DNA of 64,000 nt from Octopus sinensis (taxonomy: Eukaryota). The notes under the pieces were generated by a model that had not been told where the DNA came from, did not search any database, and saw nothing but the letters and a program-made list of their open reading frames with translations. The position numbers were made by a program, and so were the translations under genes. Positions 53,723-64,000 of this stretch are shown here, piece by piece (position 1 is the first letter of the stretch; every line of letters starts with the position of its first letter). Where the stretch lies: assembly GCF_006345805.1 (NCBI RefSeq), contig NC_043003.1, positions 117,180,001-117,244,000 on the forward strand. The letters are read 5' to 3'.

Positions 53723-53914
53723 TGTGTGTGTGTGGGTGGGGAGTGAGCGTGGCCACGAATCCAGCTATATGTGTAGAGCTGGGCATACAGATATACGCGT
53801 GTAAGCGTTTGTCATTGCATGCACGCAATGGTCGATATATATATATATTATATATATATATATATACACCCATATAAGTGTATATATATATCATATATAT
53901 ATATATATATAGAC

Positions 53915-53981
<67 letters not shown>

Positions 53982-54731
53982 GCGCGTATAGAGACCCACA
54001 AAACCCAAACATTTGCATTCACGCACACACGCCCACATAGAGAGACACGCACATACGCACACACACACATATATCACATGCGTGTGTGTGTGTGTCTGGG
54101 TGGCAGTGTGTGCTAGTAATATTGGAAATTGTTTCCTTGCTTAGGATTATTCCGATAACTGCCTTGTGTCGACAGCTCGATGGAGACGTCTGTGTCTCTC
54201 ACCCGCTCTTTTTCTCTCCTTTATCTCCTATTCCCTCTCTCCCCTCTCTGTCTCACTCACTTTCTCTCTTCTCCTAAGTCTGTGTGTGTGTTTGTGTGTG
54301 TATGTATGCGTACGAATTTGCTTGTTAATTGTATGTGTGTATGTTCCTGTATCTGCCTATGTATCTATTTATACAACAGAGAGTTCACCGGATCGAATAC
54401 TAGCAAAGGCAGCGAAGTTCGTAAAACTGCTCAGAATGCTATCACCACTGTTTTCCAGTGAATATGATCACTGCTAGTGAAAGTCAGGTTTTGATGGAAA
54501 ATGTGCTGAAGCCGTCGCACAGGCATTGGACTCTCCTGTCGTGAACGACAGATGAAAGCTCTACAACTTTCTGCTTAGTTGTTGCAGAAATGATTTGTTT
54601 CTTGTGAGCAAAATGGTTTTGCTGTACAGAAGCTCACTTTGTCCATCAAATCGACATTCTACGTACAGATGCACGTTTTGCAACAGGTCAAATTCGCAAA
54701 TTATCGTAGACCAACGTGATATGAAGTGTTT

Positions 54732-55132
54732 ATTTCTTTACTACCCACATGGGGACTAAACACAGAGGGGACATACAAACGTATTAAGTCGATTACATCG
54801 ACCCCAGTGCATAACTGGTACTTAATTTATCGACCCCGAACGGATGACAGGTAAAGTCGACCTCGGCAAAAATTGAAATCAGAACGTAAAGACAGACGAA
54901 ATACCTATTTCTTTACTACCCACAAGGGGCTAAACACAGAGGGGACAAACAAGGACAGATAAACAAATTAAGTCGATTATATCGACCCCAGTGCGTAACT
55001 GGTACTTAATTTATCGACCCCGAAAGGATGAAAGGCAAAGTCGACCTCGGCGGAATTTGAACTCAGAACGTAGCGGCAGATGAAATACGGCTACGCATTT
55101 CGCCCGACGTGCAAACGTTTCTGCCAGCTCGC
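54732..55132 (-). mobile_element. SINE family B, one head + 2 bodies
   Basis: 17-bp TSD CGTGATATGAAGTGTTT at 54715 and 55133. Confidence 0.9.
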
Positions 55133-55564
55133 CGTGATATGAAGTGTTTTGCCCGAAAACACAATACTTTTCCCGGCCGAAAATCGAGATTACGTTCTTA
55201 CGATCGAAAATTCAACAGCCCAACCGCTTGGCCACGCACCAAGGCAATACCTGTAATATAAACGGCCCTTCATCACTCCTGTTTATATCTATCTGATTCT
55301 GTCAACGTATTACATTAATATCTAAAAGTTTTTACGGAATAACGACGTCAGTAACATTTATAATTTAATAAGTAGTTTGTTCAACTGATCGAACAACTGC
55401 ACTCCTCAATCGCCAAAACCAACGGGAGATTCATATACTTTACTTCTGACAATATCGAAGTTTATCTGTCAAACTGTTGTCAGTGCCAACGACGCTGTTC
55501 GTGATTGATGGTCCGAGAAAACCATTTCCTAAATTACATGTTAGTGTTTGTGTTTCTACCCCAG

Positions 55565-55645
55565 TTTATCGTTGTATATTGCTGAGATGGCTGCGGAGAA
55601 ATTCTTGGCTTGTGCGAATGACGATGTGTTTATGGGTTCGAGGTG
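55565..55645 (+). other. Candidate 81-nt exon
   Basis: Pyrimidine-rich ..tttctaccccAG acceptor, GTG|GTAAGT donor, gagATGG start context, open frame MAAEKFLACANDDVFMGSR. No homology recognised. Confidence 0.25.
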
Positions 55646-55832
55646 GTAAGTTGTGTGAGTGTGCAGCAGGCTGATTAGACAGGTTTCAATGAAGTGACAT
55701 ATATCTGTGTGAAAAGCTTAAAGTACACAGATCTGTGGTTATAAGGATAAATATTTATACAGATATAAATTTATATGCGTGTTTATATGCATATGTACAG
55801 GATACACTTATACACATGCATATATGTAAACA

Positions 55833-55917
<85 letters not shown>

Positions 55918-56188
55918 AATATATATACGTATATATTAATATATATAGATGAATGTATATATAGATACATAGATACATACATACACACAACAATTTGTTG
56001 GCCTGTTATGATTTTTCTAGTTATATAATATTTTGTTATATATTATATTCATTGTATTTAATGTAATATTGTAATATAAATAAATTATTGGATTGTCAAT
56101 AGATTATCTCTATCTACTTAATTTATATATACACATATATACATGAATATATATATATATAAATATATGCGTGTGTGTGTGTGTGAAG

Positions 56189-56622
56189 TATATTTGCCAC
56201 TTAAATGTGGCTAACCACTAAGGGTGGATGCTACTGTAGCTTGTAGCCCCAGGAGAACATCTCCTCCAGCTGGCTATCGACACAGTTTCTGTACCCTATC
56301 AGTATTTGCAAAGAGAAGCCATCTTTCCCATCGTCGACCTGACCTGATACGCACGGACCCGGGTTTCTGAATATTTGCTCGTCGTCAGCGCACGGCAATC
56401 ACCGGTCTTCGATGCGAAGGGGTCCCAATTCAAATACATATATCCTTTTTCCAGTGACGAAAGGTCACAGATATCCAAAAGGGGTAAACAAGCAATAATA
56501 AAGTGTAAAGAAGCAATAATAAATTGCAAATACTGATAGGGCACAGAAAGTGTATCAATAGCCAGCTGGAGAAGATGTTCTCCTGGTGCTACAAGCTACA
56601 GTAGCATCCACCCTTAGTGGTT
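56189..56622 (-). mobile_element. Family H element with a ~99-bp inverted copy of its subterminal region
   Basis: 56213-56311 versus 56524-56622 inverted (~7 mismatches); the body aligns to 9720-9893. Confidence 0.8.
56351..56393 (-). ncRNA. Minimal hammerhead, canonical C3-G8 core, decayed stem II
   Basis: GTGCG-CTGACGA-CGAG caaata TTCA-GAA-ACCCGGGT-C-CGTGC. Confidence 0.65.
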
Positions 56623-56679
56623 TGTTTATACCTCGTTCAGAGATCCGTCTTCCCTTCTCTGGATCTTTCCTTTTCCTAT

Positions 56680-56714
56680 GTTTCTGACGAAGAGCTCCGC
56701 TCAAAATGTAAAAC
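56680..56714 (+). ncRNA. Decayed hammerhead in a PLE-type tail (56622-56812)
   Basis: GTTT-CTGACGA-A-GAGC tcc GCTC-AAAATGT-A-AAAC; GAAACGT altered by two CpG-type transitions. Confidence 0.5.
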
Positions 56715-57083
56715 CCTCCTTCTTCTCTTCCTTCCTGAGCGTCCACTAATACTATATTTGTTCCACGTCCTCGCATTGTTGTGTTTTCTCATTGTGTTTT
56801 CATGTTTGGATTAACTATATATACGTATGTATGTATGTATGTATGTATGTATGTATGTATGTATGTATGTATGTATGTATGTATATGTGTTAATGGTGTG
56901 TTATTAATTTCTGCTACATGCATATACATAAAAAAACACGGGAAAAAATCAATGACAATGCTGAGTTTGGCGATTAAACTCTATTAATACTTACCTGCAG
57001 AAAATTGTGTGTGTTTGTGTGTGTGTGTGCGTGCGCGCGTGTACGTGTGTGTATGTGTGCCTGCGTGGGTATACAGCTATGTA

Positions 57084-57317
57084 TACCCACGGCGAGCTGG
57101 CAGAGACGTTTACACGCCGGGCGAAATGCTTAGCGGTATTTCGTCTGCGTTACGTTGTGAGTTCAAATTCCGCCGAGGTCGACTTTGCCTTTCATCCTTT
57201 CGGGGTCGATAAATTAAGTACCAGTTACGCACTGGAGTCGATGTAATCGACTTAATACCTATGTCTGTCCTTGTTTGTCCACTCTGTGTTAAGCCCCTTG
57301 TGGGTAATAAAGAAATA
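57084..57317 (+). mobile_element. SINE family B monomer
   Basis: 16-bp TSD GGTATACAGCTATGTA at 57068 and 57318. Confidence 0.9.
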
Positions 57318-57627
57318 GGTATACAGCTATGTAGCTGTATATGCCTGTTTGAGTTTGCGCCCCTCACTGCTTGAGGATTTGTGTAGATTACTTACGTCCC
57401 CTTCACTTTGCGTTTCAGTAAAATGTAAACAGACAGAAATATTGACCTAGGGTGAATTTGATCGATTGAAGAATCCTGTAGAATAATCCAAAATCAATGA
57501 ATGCAACAAGCAAATGAATAAAAGAGGTGGCCGAAACTTCGAAGTTACTGTCACCTCACTTTTTTGTAAACATACAACAAAGTACTATTTTTTCTGTTAC
57601 CTGTTAAATCGTCATGAAAAATAACCT

Positions 57628-57628
57628 G

Positions 57629-57703
<75 letters not shown>

Positions 57704-57733
57704 TGATTGATAGATAGATAGATAGACAGGTAA

Positions 57734-57794
<61 letters not shown>

Positions 57795-57911
57795 CAGGTA
57801 AATAGATAGATAGATAGATAGATAGATAGATTGATAGATAGATAGATATATAGATATATAGATAGATAGATAGATAGATAGGATTAGTAGACAGACAGAC
57901 AGACGACAGAC

Positions 57912-57997
<86 letters not shown>

Positions 57998-58056
57998 GAT
58001 AGATAGATAGATAGATAGACAGACGGACGGACAGACAGATAGATAGATAGATAGAT

Positions 58057-58111
<55 letters not shown>

Positions 58112-58165
58112 CTTTATTGGCCACACAGGGCTGGACAGATAGATAGACAGATAGACAGACAGATG
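57628..58165. repeat. (AGAT)n compound microsatellite
   Basis: Direct inspection. Confidence 0.95.
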
Positions 58166-58773
58166 CATTTATCGGTATATATGCATAATGCACACACTTC
58201 CGCATACACACACACACACACACATAAACGCGCCAAATACATATGGTAACGCAAGCACTATCATTTCATTGCGTAAAACAGTACTACCTCACTCTCTGTC
58301 ATACTTTATTTCATTGTGTTATCAATATCTAACGATTTGATTGTCTCAAAACCTACAATCTTGTCCCATATTTTTATTTCTTTCTCTCTCTTAACCTAAA
58401 GCTTATATTCCTAGACTTGTAAACCATTATTTCTGTTGATATCTTTCTGCCTAAATGCTTTCGTTCACATATTTAATCTTACAAGGAATGATTCCAATAT
58501 CTATTTCGAAACATGAGATCGACTGATGTAGAGTTTTTCTGGGTTAATCCGAATTCGGGAGAGGGTCTAATAAAGCATCATATTGAAGTAATTTCTTTCT
58601 GCATGAGTTATTATGGCTGCATTGGATTTTAACCCATGGCAACCATCACAGTAAAACAGGTATTTTAAAATTCCTTTATTCTTTTTACTGTAGTCTGTTA
58701 TTGACCTGCAATGATCCCCTGCCGCGACCTTAAAGAATGGGTTTAGTTCATTATCACTCTATCTTATATTATA

Positions 58774-59069
58774 CTAGCAGTATCATCCGGCGTTGCTCGG
58801 GTTTGTAAGGGAAATAACTATAAAACATTTTTAGAGAGTTATAGCCAAAAAATAGCAAAAAAATGCATTAAAAACGGACAAAAAATAATGGTAAATTATT
58901 TTTAAAATCGTAGACTCATCGTAGACACGCGCTAATACACAGAAGGGTTCGATATGAATCATGACTATAAGATACCCGGTTTTGGTTAAACTGCACCGCA
59001 AAATGTGGGAGTAGTTAGGAATCTAAATAGTAGGAGACAGACACACAACCTTACTTTTATATATAAAGA
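58774..59069 (-). mobile_element. Non-autonomous Helitron (same subfamily as 17480)
   Basis: A|TCTTTATATATAAAAG ... CCCGAGCAACGCCGGATGATACTGCTAG|T. Confidence 0.85.
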
Positions 59070-59422
59070 TTATAAACGTGACAAGGAACACCCTTTCGAA
59101 ACGTCGTCTGCTACTGAAAGCAATGTAAATTGTACGACACCAAATGCTCCTATTTAATTTTGTTCAATACATTGAGACCGGCATATGTGTAGGGTGTGTA
59201 TATCTGTATGAGGGCTGTATGTGTGTGCTTGCGTGTGTGCCTGAGTGTGTGGAGAAGACGACGACCAGTGAAACATTGAAGTCATCACCACCAGTTTTCT
59301 CTATGAAGGTAAACAACATATCATATCCTACGTCCGTTTCGTGCTTCTTCAGTTAATATTTGACCGTCTCTATATATATTTAAGCATAACGCATACACAC
59401 ACATTCACATGATTGAACATTA

Positions 59423-59454
<32 letters not shown>

Positions 59455-59670
59455 TACTTTTTTACTTGTTTCAGTCATTTGACTGCAGCCATGCTGGAGC
59501 ACCGCCTTATATTCAAGCAAATCGACCCCAGAACTTATTCCTTGTAAGCCTAGTACTTATTCTTTCGGTCTCTTTGCCGAACCACTAAGTTACGGTAACA
59601 TAAAAACACCACCATCGGTTGTCAAGGGATGTTGGGGGAAAAACACAGAACAGAAACATGTACACCACAT

Positions 59671-59724
<54 letters not shown>

Positions 59725-59856
59725 ATATATATGCATATATATGTATACTTATAATTACTTATATATATGTATATATATATATACTATATATATATGCTAT
59801 TTCTAAATTCGGTATGTGTAAGGCAACTCGTTGCTAAACCCTTATTGCTTAGTATA

Positions 59857-59899
<43 letters not shown>

Positions 59900-60145
59900 A
59901 CATGTTCATATACATATACATATATACATAGACATATACATATACATATAAACGCCGGGCTTCTTTCACTTTCCGTCTACCAAATCCACTCACAAGGCTT
60001 TGGTCGGCCTGATCATACACTCACATGACACGTTATTTTTCTAATAAACAAAGAAGACACTTGCCCAAGGTGCCACGCAGTGGGACTGAACCTGGAACCA
60101 TTTGGTTGATAAGCAAGCTACTTACCATACAGTCACTCCTGCACC
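59455..60145 (-). mobile_element. SINE family A with expanded internal (AT)n and a foreign ~42-bp patch
   Basis: Both halves match family A; patch at ~60011-60053. Confidence 0.85.
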
Positions 60146-60160
60146 TCTCTCTATATATAT

Positions 60161-60199
<39 letters not shown>

Positions 60200-60229
60200 A
60201 TAACATATATAACATTATATAATAACATA

Positions 60230-60890
60230 TTGTGAAAATCCCTATATATCCAGCCTGTAGGGAACTCACTCAACGAAGAGCGGTGCTTACCATACGTTTG
60301 ACAAAGGCAATAACCTCGAAACGGTCCGTGTGTAGTATCCGTATCTCGTGGAGGCTGATCTCCCTTTGCAGGCTGGCAAGGACACCGAGATGGTGTCAGC
60401 CCTTCTGGTGACGTTGATGTTCGCCTGGGGCTAAATGCATCAGTAACACCCCACCACCCCGCCCTGACCCTAGCCACATTCAGATGGCTGATCCCCCTTA
60501 TGTATAGAGCAGTTACTGTTTATATCTCGCTCAGAGATTTTTTTTTTGTTTTCGAACGGATTTTCTACGCCAGTGACTGTGGTTACTGTGAAAATCCCTA
60601 TAATATCCAGCCTGTAGGGGAAGTCCCTCAACGAAGAGCGGTGCTTACCATACGTTGACAAGAGGCAATAACCTCGAAACCGGTCCGTGTGTAGTACCGT
60701 ATCTTCGGGGAGGCTGATCTCCCTTGCAGGCTGGCAAGGACACCAGAGATGGTGTCAGCCCTTCTGGTGACGTTGATGTTCGCCTGGGGCTAAATGCATC
60801 ATTAACACCCCACCACCCCGCCCTGACCCTAGCCACTTCAGATGGCTTATGTTATAGAGCAGTTACTGTTATATCTCGCTGAGAGATTTA
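60230..60890 (+). mobile_element. Family H tandem dimer (~356-bp period), each unit with a hammerhead, flanked by (AT)n
   Basis: tgtgaaaatccct at ~60231 and ~60587. Confidence 0.8.
60649..60691 (+). ncRNA. Minimal type-I hammerhead ribozyme, U3-A8 core variant
   Basis: CATACG-TTGACAA-GAGG caataa CCTC-GAA-ACCGGT-C-CGTGTG. The sister motif at ~60293-60332 carries small indels. Confidence 0.82.
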
Positions 60891-60899
60891 TTATTATAT

Positions 60900-60933
<34 letters not shown>

Positions 60934-62105
60934 GATATAGTGAATGGGGGTGTTGGAGCCTTCGTACCCTCATGGTTGAGAATTGAACACAAGTGCAAGA
61001 TTATGTCCCCGTATATATTGTCATGAGTATTACACAGTGCCGTGTTTGGCGTAATTTTATGTGTTTTGAGCGAAGTTTTCATCATACGCTCACACGACAC
61101 GTTATTTCCCAATAAACAAGGAAGCTTTTCTTAGGTTCCGCGAACTAGAAATATCACCCGATCGTCTTTAAAAAGGGAAGGGCTCATCAGATCGTGCCGT
61201 ACATGGCCTGATTGATCCTTTAAAAAGATGTAATGATACGCGTTTAAATACTATCGATCATTGGTTTTCTCGAACAGAATCGAATTGGTGTTTAATAGCA
61301 ACAACAACAGCAACAACATGAATCAGTTCGATGAACAGATTACTCCACCCCTCGCATCAACCAAGAGATTTCTTTAACTCGAATCCCAACATAAAATCTC
61401 AAATAGAACGTTACATTTTGCTGATAATCCGAGAGTCTCTTGTTTGTAGTTTATGGCGATAGGTTTTATTGAACAATAAAATGCATTTTCCAATGATAAA
61501 CGAGTCACTGCAGAGTATGAATATAGAAAAATTACTTCAGTCAAACATTTTAACGAAAGGCTTATCAATCAATCTGAGTTACTAATCCTTTTTGTAGTCA
61601 CACGTATCACCCATGTTTGCAGCTGAGATGGGATGGGATATTTGAAATTTAGAATGTGTCGATTGAAAAATGCAATGATACCTCAAGAATAGCTGAACCT
61701 CACCAACTGCATGACTCAGCTCTGTCTGATGCCGAGTGGTACACAACTAATTATAAATACTACTCTATTCTGACTAAAGACAGAAAGGATTTCTACAAGG
61801 CACTAAAATGTTCTCTTAGTAATTTATTAGTATTCATTTTAACGACTACAGATATTGAAAGAGAAAAGGAAACCTAAAGGGAGTTTAAACTGCGAAAAGC
61901 CAACGATGAATTCATCATTGTCTATCATTCCTGTCAACTGGTCGCTTCTAACTCGCTGGGACTAAAATACCAAGAACCATGGATATGAGTTAATCAAATT
62001 TGTAAAAGAAATTAATTTCATGTGCCATGAGCAGAAGTAAGGCCTAATATTTTGAGCCAGACCCTTCTTTCTTGTGGAGCAACTAAATCAAATTAATAAC
62101 TATTA

Positions 62106-62517
62106 GGAGTGACGCAGACTTCCGACACACATGGATGGAAGCACTCCGTCGGTTACGACGATGAGGATTCCGGTTGATCCGAATCAACGGAACAGCCTGC
62201 TCATGAAATTAACGTGCAAGTGGCTGAGCACTCCACAGACATGTGCACCCTTAACGTAGTTCTCGGGGATATTCAGCGTGACACAGAGAGGGACAAGGCC
62301 GGCCCCTTGAAATACAGGTACAACAGAAAGAGGAAGTAAGAGTGAGAGAAAGTTGTGGTGAAAGAGTACAGCAGGGATCACCACCTGCCGGAGCCTCGTG
62401 GAGCTTTTTTAGGTATTTTCGCTCAATAAACACTCACAACGCCCGGTCTGGGAATCGAGACCGCGATCCTGTAACCGCGAGTCCGCTGCCCTAACCACTG
62501 GGCCATTGCGCCTCCAT
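62106..62517 (-). mobile_element. Full-length SINE family D
   Basis: GGAGGCGCAATGGCCCAGTGGTTAGGGCAGCGGACTCGCGG..GTCTCGATTCCCAGACC tRNA-like head. Confidence 0.88.
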
Positions 62518-62948
62518 GTCCGACTCACATATCAACTACATCGCAAAAGTGTGACATAGCTTCTGGTAAACATGCGCTTACATTCATTTTACTTACAACG
62601 ACCAAACTCGTCTGTAATATGCGAATGTCTTTTTTAACAACACACTAAATTAAAATGTCTATATTATTGCAACAAACAATATAAATATATTATAGAAACT
62701 TCTAAAACAACGAGTCTCACGACAATTTCCGCTCATCTAATTACGTTTCAAGTTATAAATGTAAAGTGGCGCGTTGTGTTAATTATATCGATAGTTTCAT
62801 ATTTCCGTTTATCGTTTTGTAGTACTTTTGTCTTGCTACTATTGAGCATGTAAAATCGTGTAGCAACACCAAATGGCGGTGCCCCAGCATGGCCACATCT
62901 CGTGAGCTGAAACTAGATAAAAAAATTTTTAATGTTTTTTTTTCTTAC

Positions 62949-63720
62949 GGTGGCGAGCTGGCACAAACGTTAACACGCCGGTCGAAATGCGTAGCCGTAT
63001 TTCGTCTGCCGCTACGTTCTGAGTTCAAATTCCGCCGAGGTCGACTTTGCCTTTAATCCTTTCGGGGTCGATAAATTAAGTACCAGTTACGCACAGGGAT
63101 TGATATAATCGACTTAATCCGTGTGTCTGTCCTTGTTTGTTCTCTCTGTGTTTAGCCCCCTGTGGGTAGTAAAGAAATAGGCATTTCGTCCGTCTATTCT
63201 TTCTGAGTTCAAATTCCGCCGAGTTCGACTTTGCCGTTCATCCTTTCGGGGTCGATAAATTAAGTACGAGTTATGCACTGGGGTCGATATAATCGACTTA
63301 ATACGTTTGTCTGTCCTTGTTTGTCTCCTCTGTGTTTAGCCCCTTGTGGGTGGCAAAGAAATAGGGTATTTCATCTGTCGTTAGGTTCTGATTTCAATTT
63401 TTGCCGAGGTCGACTTTGCCTTTAATCCTTTCGGGGTTGTTAAGTTAAGTACCAGTTGCATACTGGGATCGATGTAATCGGCTGGCCCCTTCACCAAAAG
63501 TTTCGAGCCTTGCGCCTGAAGTAGAAAAGAATCGTTAGCACGCCGGTCCAAGTGCTCAGCAGCATTTCGTCCGTCTTCACGTTCTGAGTTCAAATTCCGC
63601 CGAGGTCGACTTTACCTTTTATCTTTTCGGGCTGATAAAATAAGTATCATTTGAACACTGGAGCCAATGTAATCGATTCATCACGCCCCCCCCCCCATCC
63701 TGAAATTGCTGGCCTTCTGC
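62949..63720 (+). mobile_element. SINE family B concatemer (head + ~3 bodies) followed by an older variant copy
   Basis: Junctions at ~63180 and ~63365; later units are more diverged. Confidence 0.85.
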
Positions 63721-63815
63721 CCTAATTTGAAACTATTGCTATTATAAAGAGGAGAGCTGGGAGAAATTTAAGCCAGCAGGACAAAATGCTTAGCGCCATT
63801 CTTTGTAGCTCATTA

Positions 63816-64000
63816 CGAGGTCTGATCAAAAGGTATCCGGTCTGTTGCTATAGTAACAAAGTTAAAGCAGGCAGAGTGAATCCGCTTGAACCGTGAATTC
63901 TGCTGTGCATGCGCATTAAGTTTTAACGTTGTAGCTCACTTCCGCTATTTACGGAAGTTGTGTAGCGTTTGATTGTCGCATTCACCATGACAGAGAAAGC
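63816..64000 (+). mobile_element. Left end of a mariner-type element (runs off the window)
   Basis: TA|CGAGGTCTGATCAAAAGGTATCCGG mariner-like TIR; ATG at 63987 (MTEK). Confidence 0.65.

Noticed and set aside
54370-54715. Possible transposase fragment
   Set aside because: Only vague similarity in broken frames; no catalytic motif or TIR seen.
62440-62517. tRNA gene
   Set aside because: It is the tRNA-derived head of SINE D and runs directly into the SINE body; the same applies to the other SINE heads.

Overview
Eukaryotic, AT-rich, repeat-dominated window with no confidently identifiable intact protein-coding gene. The dense (AT)n/(AC)n/(AGAT)n microsatellites and the tRNA-derived SINE families suggest an octopus/cephalopod intron or intergenic region (inference, not database-checked). 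Most ORFs in the supplied track are microsatellite or SINE read-throughs. Recognisable content: several SINE families; a 5'-truncated Penelope-like element (RT thumb + GIY-YIG) and a second decayed one; a full-length but dead Tc1-type transposon nested in a SINE; three non-autonomous Helitrons; Tigger- and hAT-type MITEs; RTE, RTE-X, R4/Dong and Tx1 LINE remnants; a 2-kb modular satellite; and a 100-N gap. The most striking signal is about ten minimal type-I hammerhead ribozyme motifs. Several carry a U3-A8 core in place of C3-G8, and both versions occur within one repeat family. Two sit in ~360-bp tandem monomers embedded in (AT)n, resembling retrozyme/Penelope pLTR-type non-autonomous elements. 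Also notable are TSD-bounded, single-headed SINE concatemers and two locally templated insertions. All alignments, folds and counts were done by eye.
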